Shown here: in pieces, positions 19,503-28,665 of the stretch
Position numbering within the stretch: the stretch's first letter is position 1
Layout: the number at the start of each line of letters is the position of its first letter
From: an uncultured Alphaproteobacteria bacterium
GTDB lineage: Bacteria > Pseudomonadota > Alphaproteobacteria > CAVTAV01
NCBI GenBank assembly: GCA_963821875.1
Contig: CAWGFE010000002.1
Coordinates: forward strand, 739,643-803,642
Length of the DNA: 64,000 nt
Direction: 5' to 3'
Made by a program: the position numbers and the translations under genes
The notes under the pieces: model-generated
Seen by the model: only the letters and a program-made list of their open reading frames with translations
Told to the model about the DNA's origin: nothing
Database searches by the model: none

Positions 19503-20384
19503 ATGAGCTTTTTGCGCGGCCCGATCGTTTACCTGGCGGACCATCCTTCGGGCCGGTTACTGCCTTGGGTGATCGCCGTCATGGCCTATCTCGCCGCGCT
19601 TGGCGTGGCGGGCGTGATCACGCTGGATCAGTCGGTCGCAAGTTGGCGCGCGTCCTTGTCTCACACAGTCACCGTTCAGATCACGGCGGGTGCGGAAACC
19701 GCGCGCGACACCGAGCGCGACGCCGTTGTGAAGCTGCTCAACAACACGCCCGGAATCGAAAGCGCCCTGCCGCTCAGCAAGGCCGAGGTCAAGAAACTGC
19801 TGGAGCCCTGGCTCGGCGCCGGGAATGTGACCGACGACCTGCCCATCCCGGCCCTCGTCGATGTGGTGCTCTCGCGCGACCGGGATGTCGATCTCGACGC
19901 CCTGTCGAAGAAAGTCACGGAAGTGGCGCCCGACGCCGTGCTCGATGATCACGGCGGCTGGCTCCAGCGCTTCATCGATCTGGCGCAGAATGTCCAGTAT
20001 CTGGCTGCGGGAATCGTGACCCTTGTCGGGCTTGCAACGGTCGCCATCGTCATCTTCGCGACGCGCGCGGGCATGGCGATCCATCACAACACGATCGAGA
20101 TCTTGCACCTCATCGGCGCGAAAGACAGTTTTATCGCTAGCCAGTTCCAGCGGCATTTCCTGTTGCTCGGCCTGAAGGGCGGCCTGATCGGTGTCAGCGT
20201 GGCCGTGCTCTCGCTTCTCGGCATTTCGCGCTTGTCGATCGGCATGGAGGATGCGTTCATTCCGAAATTCGGGTTTTCCCTCACGCTCGTGGCCGCGCTG
20301 GTGGCGCTGCCGCTTCTGGCAAGTCTGCTAACGATGCTGACGGCGCGCCGTACTGTGACCTCCGCGCTGGGCCGGATGGTCTGA
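19503..20384 (+). CDS. ftsX: cell division permease-like protein FtsX
   Basis: ATG at 19503, 14 nt after the ftsE stop. Four TM segments with a periplasmic loop after TM1 and the C-terminal FtsX topology (LTLVAALVALPLLASLLTML). Confidence 0.85.
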   Translation: MSFLRGPIVYLADHPSGRLLPWVIAVMAYLAALGVAGVITLDQSVASWRASLSHTVTVQITAGAETARDTERDAVVKLLNNTPGIESALPLSKAEVKKLLEPWLGAGNVTDDLPIPALVDVVLSRDRDVDLDALSKKVTEVAPDAVLDDHGGWLQRFIDLAQNVQYLAAGIVTLVGLATVAIVIFATRAGMAIHHNTIEILHLIGAKDSFIASQFQRHFLLLGLKGGLIGVSVAVLSLLGISRLSIGMEDAFIPKFGFSLTLVAALVALPLLASLLTMLTARRTVTSALGRMV

Positions 20385-20454
20385 CGATGGCGCGACTGGG
20401 GGGCGCAGCAGGGGCCGCAAGCGCCGGATCATCATCTGGACTCTGGCGCTGCTC

Positions 20455-21021
20455 GTGATCGCCTGGCTCGGCGGCTTTGTCTGGTTCACCGGCGCCCTGC
20501 CACGCAGCGAGCCGAACATCACCGACACCGATGGCGGCATCGTGGTGCTGACCGGCGGCGACCAGCGCTTGACGGCGGCGATGAGCCTGCTGGATCGCGG
20601 CTATGGCAAGCGGCTGCTCGTCACCGGCGTCAATCGCAAGATTGCGCGGGCCAAGCTCAAATCCTTCATGGGCAAGAGCGCGCCCGGTCTGTTCGACTGC
20701 TGCGTCGATCTCGGGCGTGAGGCCCAGGATACCATCGGAAATGCGCAGGAAACCGCGTCCTGGGTGGTCAGCCACGGCTACAAGTCGATCATCGTCGTCA
20801 CCGCCAGCTATCACATGCCGCGCGCGCTGGTCGAACTCAACTACGCGCTGCCCAACTGCAAATTCATTCCCTATCCGGTCTTTCCCGACAGCGTGCGGAT
20901 TTCCGATTGGTGGCGCTGGTCCGGCACCACCCGGCTCCTCGCCGTCGAATACACGAAATTCCTTGCGAGCAAGGCGCGGGTTACACTACTGCACGCCATT
21001 CTCGCAATTTCCGGATCCTGA
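20455..21021 (+). CDS. YdcF/DUF218 (ElyC/SanA-like) family protein; N-terminus probably extends upstream (see findings)
   Basis: GGIVVLTGGDQRLTAAMSLLDRGYGKRLLVTGVN...IIVVTASYHMPRA is the DUF218 core. The ORF-track start is a GTG inside a hydrophobic segment, and the same frame upstream reads RSRGRKRRIIIWTLALLVIAWLGG with no canonical start. Confidence 0.7.
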   Translation: MIAWLGGFVWFTGALPRSEPNITDTDGGIVVLTGGDQRLTAAMSLLDRGYGKRLLVTGVNRKIARAKLKSFMGKSAPGLFDCCVDLGREAQDTIGNAQETASWVVSHGYKSIIVVTASYHMPRALVELNYALPNCKFIPYPVFPDSVRISDWWRWSGTTRLLAVEYTKFLASKARVTLLHAILAISGS

Positions 21022-21026
21022 CGGGC

Positions 21027-21752
21027 ATGCTGCCGCTCCGCTCCGCGCTGTTCAATATCGCCTTCTATCTTTGGACCACCGTCATGGCGATCCTTTGGCT
21101 GCCCGCAATGTTCGGTCCCGCGATCTGGACCGTGCGCGGCCAGACGATCTGGGCGAAAGGCGTCATGGGGCTGTTGCGCGTTTTGACCGGCATCCACATC
21201 GAAATCCGCGGCCGGGAAAACCTGCCCGAGGGCGCGGCGCTCGTCGCGTCCAAGCATCAGTCCGCCTGGGACACGATCATCTTTCATATTCTGCTCGAGA
21301 ATCCGGCGGTCGTGCTCAAACAGGAGCTGCTCTGGATCCCGGTCTATGGCTGGTATGCCCGCAAGGTCCGGATGATCCCGATCGATCGCAGAGGCGGCTC
21401 GAGCGCGGTGCGCGGCATGATCCGCAGCGCGCGCGCTGCGGTCGAGGACAACCGGCCGATCGTGATCTTTCCCGAAGGCACGCGGGTGACGCCCGGCCAA
21501 CGCGCGCCGTATCGCCCGGGCATCGGCGGCCTCTACAGCCAGCTGGGCGTCGATGTGATCCCGGTGGCGTTGAATTCGGGGCTGTTCTGGCCGCGCCGGA
21601 GATTCATCCGCCGGCCCGGCACCATCGTTCTCGAATTTCTCCCCGCCATCGCGCCCGGCATGAAGCGGGCGGAATTCGTCGGCGCGCTCGAAGCCCGTCT
21701 GGAGCCGGCGACCGATGCTCTGATCGCCGAAGCGCAACGCGCCGGGAAATAA
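21027..21752 (+). CDS. plsC: 1-acyl-sn-glycerol-3-phosphate acyltransferase
   Basis: HQSAWDTIIF (HxxxxD acyltransferase motif), VIFPEGTR, and N-terminal TM MLPLRSALFNIAFYLWTTVMAILWL. ATG at 21027 follows the ydcF stop. Confidence 0.85.
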   Translation: MLPLRSALFNIAFYLWTTVMAILWLPAMFGPAIWTVRGQTIWAKGVMGLLRVLTGIHIEIRGRENLPEGAALVASKHQSAWDTIIFHILLENPAVVLKQELLWIPVYGWYARKVRMIPIDRRGGSSAVRGMIRSARAAVEDNRPIVIFPEGTRVTPGQRAPYRPGIGGLYSQLGVDVIPVALNSGLFWPRRRFIRRPGTIVLEFLPAIAPGMKRAEFVGALEARLEPATDALIAEAQRAGK

Positions 21753-21760
21753 CAATTTTC

Positions 21761-21868
21761 TGTGGATAATCGATCTATCCGGCCGATATTGAGGATAACT
21801 GTGGCTCACTCCCTTGTGGATTCTGGGGATAACTCGGATAAAGTTGTATATTCAAGGCCCTATCCATC
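21761..21868. promoter_or_regulatory. cluster of about 8 DnaA-box-like motifs (TGTGGATAA / GGATAA family) upstream of nrdJ
   Basis: TGTGGATAA at 21761-21769 is a perfect reverse complement of TTATCCACA. Other copies: ctatcc, gaGGATAAc, TGTGGctca, TGTGGATtc, gGGGATAAc, cGGATAAag, cTATCCAtc, all within about 110 bp of unusually AT-rich sequence. Confidence 0.4.
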
Positions 21869-21913
21869 ACGAACTGGTGTATGCTATAGGGAAACATATA
21901 GAGAACAAATACT

Positions 21914-21942
21914 TTGCGTCTGGGGCCTCTGCGGCGTAAAAT
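21914..21942 (+). promoter_or_regulatory. sigma70-like promoter candidate for nrdJ (TTGCGT-N17-TAAAAT)
   Basis: TTGCGT at 21914-21919, a 17-nt spacer, then TAAAAT at 21937-21942, about 70 nt upstream of the nrdJ ATG. Confidence 0.3.
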
Positions 21943-22010
21943 TTGCGCCCCCAGGACAATGCGGACCAGCTGGCCGCGTGACGTAAGAACCGATTTTCGG
22001 GACCTGTTTC

Positions 22011-24335
22011 ATGTCGAGTTTGACGACCATATCCCAGCAGATCTGGGACATGAAATATCGCCTCAAAGGCGCCGACGGTACGCCGGTCGACGGAACGATC
22101 GACGATAGCTGGCGCCGGGTGGCGGCCGCGCTGGCGGAGCCCGAGGACGAGTCGGTGCGCGCCGGGTGGCAAGAGAAGTTCTACGAGGCCATGGCCGATT
22201 TCCGGTTTCTACCGGCCGGGCGGATTCTGGCCGGCGCGGGCACCGGCCGTCAGGTCACGCTGTTCAACTGCTTCGTCATGGGCACGGTCCCGGACGATAT
22301 GTCGGGAATTTTCGAGAATCTCAAGGAAGCCGCGCTGACCATGCAGCAGGGCGGCGGCATCGGTTACGATTTCTCGACGCTCAGGCCCAAGGGCGCGACG
22401 GTGAAAGGCGTCGGCGCGGACGCGTCGGGGCCTTTGTCCTTCATGGATGTGTGGGATGCGATGTGCCGCACCATCATGAGCGCGGGCCATCGCCGGGGCG
22501 CCATGATGGCGACGATGCGCTGCGACCATCCCGACATCGAGGCCTTTATCGAGGCCAAGCGGGATCCCGGCCGGCTGCGCATGTTCAATCTGTCGGTGCT
22601 GGTGACCGACGCTTTCATCGAGGCGGTGAAGGCGGACGAATCGTGGCAACTCGAATTCGGCGGCACGGTTTACAGGACCATGCAGGCGCGCGAGTTGTGG
22701 GACAAGATCATGCGCGCGACCTACGCCTATGCCGAACCGGGCGTGATCTTCATCGATCGCATCAACGAGCAGAACAATCTCCATTACTGCGAGACGATCA
22801 ACGCCACCAATCCGTGCGGCGAACAGCCCCTGCCGCCCTATGGGGCATGCCTGCTGGGCTCGATCAATCTCGCCCGACTCGTCACGTCGCCGTTCACGGA
22901 GGACGCGGCGATCGATGAAGCGGAACTTGCCGATCTGGTCCGCGTCGCCGTCCGCATGATGGACAATGTGATCGACGTCTCGCGCTTCCCGCTCGACGCT
23001 CAGGCTCAGGAGGCGCAGGCCAAGCGGCGTATCGGGCTCGGCGTGACCGGGCTGGCGGATGCTTTGATTCTGTGCCGGTTGCGCTACGGCAGCGCGCCCG
23101 CGCTGAAAAAGACCGAGGAGTGGATGGAAGCGATCCGCCGCGCGGCCTATCTGGCCTCGGCCGAGATCGCGCGCGAAAAAGGCGCGTTCCCGCTTTACGA
23201 TGCCGACGCCTATCTCGCAGCGCCGATGGTCGCGTCCCTTGGGGAGGACGCGAAAACCGCGATCCGCGAGCACGGCATCCGCAATTCCCTGCTCACCTCG
23301 ATCGCGCCGACCGGCACGATTTCGCTTCTCGCCGACAACGTCTCATCCGGCCTCGAGCCCGTCTTCAGCTTCACCTATACCCGCAAGGTATTGATGCCCG
23401 ACGGCGCCCGTCGGGAGGAAGAGGTCTCGGATTACGCCTATCGGCTCTATAAGAAGAAATTCGGCGAGAATGCCGAGCTACCGGATTACTTCGTCTCGGC
23501 CATGACGCTCGCGCCGGAGGATCATGTGCTGATGCAGGCCGCCGTGCAGAAGCATATCGACAGTTCGATCTCCAAGACCATCAACTGCCCCGAAGACATT
23601 ACCTTCGAGGATTTCAGCAATGTCTATCTCCTCGCCTATGAGAAGGGCTGCAAGGGCTGCACGACCTATCGTCCGAACGAGGTAACGGGCTCGGTGCTGG
23701 AGGCGAAACCGGAACGCGCGGAAGCCGAGCCGGAGCTGCCGCTGGATTCGCCGAAGGCGAAGCCCGAGGATGTCTACGAGGCGGGCGGCGTGGTTTATCT
23801 CACCCAGCCGCTCGACCGGCCGGGCGTGCTGCCGGGCAAGACCTACAAGGTCCGCTGGCCGGATTCCGATCACGCCATGTATATCACCATCAACGACGTG
23901 ATTCAGGACGGCCGCCGCCGGCCCTTCGAGGTGTTCATCAACTCGAAGAACATGGAGCATTTCGCCTGGACGGTCGCGCTCACCCGCATGATCAGCGCGG
24001 TGTTCCGGCGCGGCGGCGACGTGTCCTTCGTGGTCGAGGAATTGAAGGCGGTGTTCGATCCGCGCGGCGGACGCTGGGTGGACGGCCATTACGTGCCGTC
24101 GATCCTGGCGGCGATCGGCGAGGTGATCGAAAAGCATCTGATCGAGATCGGCTTCGTCGCCGATCCGGAAGAAGACATGCCGCTGGCCGAGACGCGTCGG
24201 AAGATTGTGGTCGGCGACGACCGCGAGGTCGGCGATCCCCGGCTGCGCGCCTGCCCGAAATGCAGCGCGCCGGCGCTGGTGCGTCAGGAGGGTTGCGACA
24301 CCTGCATCAATTGCGGCTATTCGAAGTGCGGATAA
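22011..24335 (+). CDS. nrdJ: class II (adenosylcobalamin-dependent) ribonucleotide reductase
   Basis: 774 aa. NPCGEQPLPPYGACLLGSINLARLV active-site motif, and C-terminal CPKCSAPALVRQEGCDTCINCGYSKCG zinc-ribbon typical of NrdJ. Confidence 0.9.
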   Translation: MSSLTTISQQIWDMKYRLKGADGTPVDGTIDDSWRRVAAALAEPEDESVRAGWQEKFYEAMADFRFLPAGRILAGAGTGRQVTLFNCFVMGTVPDDMSGIFENLKEAALTMQQGGGIGYDFSTLRPKGATVKGVGADASGPLSFMDVWDAMCRTIMSAGHRRGAMMATMRCDHPDIEAFIEAKRDPGRLRMFNLSVLVTDAFIEAVKADESWQLEFGGTVYRTMQARELWDKIMRATYAYAEPGVIFIDRINEQNNLHYCETINATNPCGEQPLPPYGACLLGSINLARLVTSPFTEDAAIDEAELADLVRVAVRMMDNVIDVSRFPLDAQAQEAQAKRRIGLGVTGLADALILCRLRYGSAPALKKTEEWMEAIRRAAYLASAEIAREKGAFPLYDADAYLAAPMVASLGEDAKTAIREHGIRNSLLTSIAPTGTISLLADNVSSGLEPVFSFTYTRKVLMPDGARREEEVSDYAYRLYKKKFGENAELPDYFVSAMTLAPEDHVLMQAAVQKHIDSSISKTINCPEDITFEDFSNVYLLAYEKGCKGCTTYRPNEVTGSVLEAKPERAEAEPELPLDSPKAKPEDVYEAGGVVYLTQPLDRPGVLPGKTYKVRWPDSDHAMYITINDVIQDGRRRPFEVFINSKNMEHFAWTVALTRMISAVFRRGGDVSFVVEELKAVFDPRGGRWVDGHYVPSILAAIGEVIEKHLIEIGFVADPEEDMPLAETRRKIVVGDDREVGDPRLRACPKCSAPALVRQEGCDTCINCGYSKCG

Positions 24336-24441
24336 TTGCCGCATGACGGCGCAGTGTTAGCGCTTCTTTAAAGGCCGGTCGGGCAAAAGAGAGGTTGCAC
24401 TTTATACGCACCACCCCTTCTGCCAAGGATCCATAATAAAA

Positions 24442-25779
24442 ATGAGTGACTCGACCTCCGGTATGAAATCCCGGCTGGATTTCTTCGGTCTCGACAGCGC
24501 GTCCAAACCCGGTCTTCAACGATTCGGATCAACGCTTGGCCCGCATCTTCCTGAAATTCTTGACGGCTTCTATCGCCATGTCACGAGCCGCCCCGATCTT
24601 GCCGCCAAGATCGGCGATCAGACCGACCGGCTGAAACGCGCCCAGATTTCCCATTGGGAAACGCTCATGTCCGGTGCCCTCGATGATGATTATTACGAGC
24701 GCGCCCGGAAGGTCGGCCAGGCGCATCAGCGCATCGGGCTGGAGCCCGGCCTGTTCATCGGCGGCTATGCCTATGTCGTCGACCGGATGCTGAAGGTGGC
24801 TCTGAGCGAGGATCCCGCCATGGCGGACATGCTGTCCTCGGCCATGAAGGCGATCATGCTGGATATCGATCTCTCGATCTCGGTCTATCTCGAGGAGGCC
24901 GAGCAGGTCCGCGAGACGGAGCATCGCGAGATCGCCGACAGGCTCGAAAGCCGGATCGGCAACGTCACCGACGCCGTCGTCAAGCAGAGCGCGTTGATGA
25001 ATGACGTCGTCGCCGCGCTCGACAAGGCGGTTGCGGCGGTCGGCACAAAGTCGACGTCGGTCGCCGGCGCGTCGGATCAGGCGACGCAGAATGTCGAGGC
25101 GGTCTCAGCCGCCGTCGAGGAGTTGAGCGCGTCGGTCCGCGAAATCGGCCGGCGGGCCGAACAGTCGTCGCAGATCGCGCGGACCGCGGTCGATGCCGCC
25201 GATCACTCCAACACGGTCATTCAGGGCCTGTCGCAATATGCCGGCGAGGTCGACGCCATCGTCAAGACGATTTCCGAAATCGCCGCCCAGACCAATCTTC
25301 TGGCGCTTAACGCGACGATCGAGGCGGCGCGGGCCGGCGAGCTCGGCAAGGGCTTCGCCGTCGTGGCCTCCGAGGTCAAGGCGCTCGCCAATCAGACCTC
25401 CAAGGCGACCAAGACGATCGGCGACCAGATCGGCAAGATCACCAATTCCGTCGAAGAGGCCGCCAAGGCGATCGACATGATCGGCGTCGTCATCAAGGAA
25501 ACGGAGAAGAACTCCACGGCCGCCAGCGAAGCCGTCGACGAACAGGCCATGGCCACCAACGAGATCAGCACCAATATCAGCCAGACAGCGGAACGCGTGC
25601 GCGGCGTGCGCGACGATATCAGCGCGGTCGCGACCGAGACGCAGGGCATGAGCGAGATGTCCAACCGCGTCCGGTCGTCCTGTGATGAGCTGGCCAAGAT
25701 CTCCGATCAACTCGACGCCGCCGTGAAGGACGTCGTGTCGTCCCTGCGCGGATCCGGCAAGGCGAAGACCGCAGCCTGA
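24442..25779 (+). CDS. soluble globin-coupled sensor with methyl-accepting chemotaxis signalling domain (HemAT-like)
   Basis: N-terminal protoglobin/sensor-globin domain (RLDFFGLDSASKPGLQRFGSTLGPHLPEILDGFYRHVT..., AHQRIGLEPGLFIGGY) with no TM helices. C-terminal MCP signalling domain (QTNLLALNATIEAARAGELGKGFAVVASEVKALANQT). Confidence 0.8.
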   Translation: MSDSTSGMKSRLDFFGLDSASKPGLQRFGSTLGPHLPEILDGFYRHVTSRPDLAAKIGDQTDRLKRAQISHWETLMSGALDDDYYERARKVGQAHQRIGLEPGLFIGGYAYVVDRMLKVALSEDPAMADMLSSAMKAIMLDIDLSISVYLEEAEQVRETEHREIADRLESRIGNVTDAVVKQSALMNDVVAALDKAVAAVGTKSTSVAGASDQATQNVEAVSAAVEELSASVREIGRRAEQSSQIARTAVDAADHSNTVIQGLSQYAGEVDAIVKTISEIAAQTNLLALNATIEAARAGELGKGFAVVASEVKALANQTSKATKTIGDQIGKITNSVEEAAKAIDMIGVVIKETEKNSTAASEAVDEQAMATNEISTNISQTAERVRGVRDDISAVATETQGMSEMSNRVRSSCDELAKISDQLDAAVKDVVSSLRGSGKAKTAA

Positions 25780-25794
25780 CGCCTCCCGAGGCTA

Positions 25795-26400
25795 TTATAT
25801 CGGCCGGCGGGCCTTGAGCGCGGCGGCGATGGTGCCGTCGTCGAGATAATCGAGTTCGCCGCCGACGGGAACGCCATGTGCGATCCCCGAGACCTTCACC
25901 GCGTCATTGGCGAGATGGTCCATGATGTAATGGGCGGTGGTCTGACCCTCGACCGTAGCATTGGTGGCCAGCACGATTTCCTTGACCTCGCCGTTTCGCG
26001 CCCGCTCGATGAGTTTCGGAATGTTGAGATCGCCGGGCCCGACGCCGTCGAGCGCCGAGAGCGTGCCGCCAAGAACGTGATAACGGCCCGCGAAAGCGCC
26101 GGTACGTTCCAGCGCCCACAGATCCGCGACTTCCTCGACCACGCAGATCAGGCCCGCATCGCGCCGGGGATCGGTGCAGATCGTGCAAGGGTCCGTGGTG
26201 TCGAGATTGCCGCAGGTGCTGCAGGCATGAACCGTGCGGGCGGTTTCCGTCAGCGCGCGGGCCAGAGGCTCCATCACGGAATCCCGGCGCTTGAGCAGAT
26301 GCAGAACGGCGCGGCGCGCCGATCGCGGTCCCAGCCCCGGCAGTTTCGCCAGAAGCTGGATCAGGCGTTCGATCTCCGTGCCCGTTCCCCGGGTGGTCAT
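25795..26400 (-). CDS. recR: recombination protein RecR
   Basis: 201 aa from [31 protein letters not shown]4 zinc finger [18 protein letters not shown], Toprim domain. The ORF-track entry 25795..26760 fuses it with the downstream ybaB frame region. Confidence 0.9.
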   Translation of the reverse strand: MTTRGTGTEIERLIQLLAKLPGLGPRSARRAVLHLLKRRDSVMEPLARALTETARTVHACSTCGNLDTTDPCTICTDPRRDAGLICVVEEVADLWALERTGAFAGRYHVLGGTLSALDGVGPGDLNIPKLIERARNGEVKEIVLATNATVEGQTTAHYIMDHLANDAVKVSGIAHGVPVGGELDYLDDGTIAAALKARRPI

Positions 26401-26423
26401 TGTCTGGTGAAAATCCCGCCGGC

Positions 26424-26747
26424 CTAGAACGGCAGCGACATGCCCGGCGGCAGTTGCAGCCCGCCGGTGACCTTCGCCATCTCGTCCTGAACAAAGGCTT
26501 CGAGCTTGACCTTGGCGTCGTGATGGGCGGCGACGATGAGGTCTTCCAGGATCTCTGCGTCCTTCGGGTCGATCAGTGAGGGATCGATCTTGATCCCCTT
26601 CATCTCGCCCTTGCCGTTCAACGTGCATGTCACCATGCCGCCGCCGGATACTCCCGAGATCTCGGATTCGCCCAGGCGCTCCTGCATCTCGGCCATCTTG
26701 GACTGGAATTCCTGTGCCTGTTTGAGCATCTGACCAATATTTTTCAT
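26424..26747 (-). CDS. ybaB: nucleoid-associated protein YbaB/EbfC
   Basis: 107 aa: [25 protein letters not shown]...[40 protein letters not shown]. Conserved dnaX-ybaB-recR order. Confidence 0.9.
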   Translation of the reverse strand: MKNIGQMLKQAQEFQSKMAEMQERLGESEISGVSGGGMVTCTLNGKGEMKGIKIDPSLIDPKDAEILEDLIVAAHHDAKVKLEAFVQDEMAKVTGGLQLPPGMSLPF

Positions 26748-26823
26748 ACGCGCTCTTCAACTCCTCTCGAATTCGGCGATATGTCGGTACGGCACGGCGG
26801 ACGGCGCGTCCAGGGGGTGCGTA

Positions 26824-28512
26824 TCACTCCTTGCGGACCGCCGTGATCTCCGCACCCGGAAAATTCTCGAGCACCGTCTTGACCAGCGGATCGCGCAGCG
26901 CCTGCTCGCGGATCTCGTTTTCCCGGGCCAGTTGTCGCTCGCGCAGGGTAGGCTCGCCGAGGTCCTGCGTCACGCTCACCACCCAGCGCTCGCCGGTCCA
27001 GGCCTTCATCTTGTCCCCGATCTGGAACGCCAGATTCGCCGGCGCCTTGTCCTCGATCCGAACTTCCAGCTGACCGTGGGAGAACCGCACCAGATGCACA
27101 TGGTCGATCAGGTGGGTGTGGAGAATCATCTCGCGCTTTTCCTCGAACAGCGCGACCAGTTCGGCGAAGCTCGTCGGCGCGGATGCGAGTTCCTCGTCCG
27201 TCGCCGGCTGAGGCGAGGCCATCGCGCGGGCCGTGCCGGCCGAGCCGCTCGCCGTGCTGAAGCTCGACCGCGCCACCGGTTCGCGGGCGGCGCTGGCGGG
27301 CGCATCCCGGCGCGGCGGTGTGGCGGACGCGTCGCGCTGCTCGTCCAGCTTCCGCACCAGATCGGCGGGATCGGGAAGTTCGGCGGAGAAGGCGAGTCGC
27401 ACCAACGCCATTTCCGCCGCCGCATCGGGCGAGGGCGCGCGGCGCGCTTCATCGAGCCCCTTGAGCAGGATCTGCCAGCTGCGGGTCAGCACCGGCATCG
27501 ACAGTTTGGCGGCAAAGTCGCGGCCCTTCACGCGCTCGGTTTCGCCCATAGCCATGTCCTCGCCGGCATCCGGCGCGAGTTTCAGGCGGGTCAGCCAATG
27601 GGTGAGATTCAAGAGATCCTCGAGGATCACGGTGGGATCCGCGCCGAGCCGGTATTGCTCGCGCATGATTTCCAGCGCCGATGCGATCTCGCCGGACATC
27701 ACGGCTTCGAACAGATCGAACATGCGTGCCCGGTCGGCCAGGCCCAGCATGTCGCGCACGCGCTCCTCGGTCACCTCGCCCGCGCCGTGGGCCAGCGCCT
27801 GCTCCAGCAGCGACTGCGCGTCGCGCACTGAGCCGTCGGCGGCGCGTGCGATCAGGCCGAAGGCGGCGTCCTCCACCGAGACGTTTTCCTTCTCGGTGAT
27901 CATGCGCAGATTGTCGATCAGCACGGGGATCTCGACGCGCCGCAGGTCGAATCGCTGGCAGCGCGAGAGCACCGTCACCGGCACCTTGCGGATTTCCGTG
28001 GTGGCGAAGATGAAGCGGACATGTTCCGGCGGCTCTTCGAGCGTTTTGAGAAGCGCGTTGAACGCGTTCTTCGAGAGCATATGCACTTCGTCGACGATGT
28101 AGATCTTCTCGCGTGCGGCGACCGGCGCATAGCGTACGCCGTCGATGATCTCGCGGATATCGTCGACACCGGTGCGGCTCGCGGCGTCCATTTCCATCAC
28201 ATCGACATGGCGCGACTCTGCGATCGCCACGCAATGGGTGCAGACGCCGCAGGGCTCGATCGTGGGGCCACCCTTGCCGTCCGGGCCGATGCAATTGAGG
28301 GCGCGGGCGATCAGACGCGCGGTCGTCGTCTTGCCGACGCCGCGCACGCCGGTGAGGATGAAAGCATGGGCCAGCCGCCCCGAACGGATCGCGTTCGACA
28401 GCGTGCGCACCATGGCGTCCTGGCCATAAAGCTCGGCGAAGGTCGTCGGCCGGTATTTGCGCGCGATAACGCGATAGCCACCGGCCGCTTTCTCCGTCCC
28501 GGCGTCGGTCAT
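26824..28512 (-). CDS. dnaX: DNA polymerase III subunits gamma/tau
   Basis: YRVIARKYRPTTFAELYGQDAMVRTLSNAIRSGRLAHAFILTGVRGVGKTTTARLIARALNC..., AAA+ clamp-loader motifs, and C4 zinc module CGVCTHC. Confidence 0.9.
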   Translation of the reverse strand: MTDAGTEKAAGGYRVIARKYRPTTFAELYGQDAMVRTLSNAIRSGRLAHAFILTGVRGVGKTTTARLIARALNCIGPDGKGGPTIEPCGVCTHCVAIAESRHVDVMEMDAASRTGVDDIREIIDGVRYAPVAAREKIYIVDEVHMLSKNAFNALLKTLEEPPEHVRFIFATTEIRKVPVTVLSRCQRFDLRRVEIPVLIDNLRMITEKENVSVEDAAFGLIARAADGSVRDAQSLLEQALAHGAGEVTEERVRDMLGLADRARMFDLFEAVMSGEIASALEIMREQYRLGADPTVILEDLLNLTHWLTRLKLAPDAGEDMAMGETERVKGRDFAAKLSMPVLTRSWQILLKGLDEARRAPSPDAAAEMALVRLAFSAELPDPADLVRKLDEQRDASATPPRRDAPASAAREPVARSSFSTASGSAGTARAMASPQPATDEELASAPTSFAELVALFEEKREMILHTHLIDHVHLVRFSHGQLEVRIEDKAPANLAFQIGDKMKAWTGERWVVSVTQDLGEPTLRERQLARENEIREQALRDPLVKTVLENFPGAEITAVRKE

Positions 28513-28581
28513 CGTGTTACCCCTTTTGGGTTTCGCTGTCCCTTTCGGGTTCCCATAAGCCTCCGAACTGTCCGGCCCATT

Positions 28582-28641
28582 GAACGATCACGATGCAAAC
28601 GATCACGATGCGAACGGTCACGACGTGAACGACAACGACTT
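28582..28641. repeat. imperfect 15-bp tandem repeat, four copies, between the ffs 3' end and the dnaX start
   Basis: gaacgatcacgatgc / aaacgatcacgatgc / gaacggtcacgacgt / gaacgacaacgactt, contiguous. The + strand ORF 28580..28789 (DHDANDHDANGHDVND) is the translation artefact of this repeat. Confidence 0.6.
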
Positions 28642-28665
28642 GCCGGCGGCCGATCGAGCGAAGAT

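Noticed and set aside
21753-22010. Chromosomal replication origin (oriC) interpretation of the DnaA-box cluster
   Set aside because: No dnaA, hemE, parAB or gidA context, no obvious 13-mer AT-rich unwinding repeats, and the cluster sits within a promoter region of nrdJ. A regulatory DnaA site is more parsimonious.
28582-28641. CRISPR array
   Set aside because: Only four contiguous 15-bp degenerate repeats, with no spacers and no cas genes. This is a simple tandem repeat.
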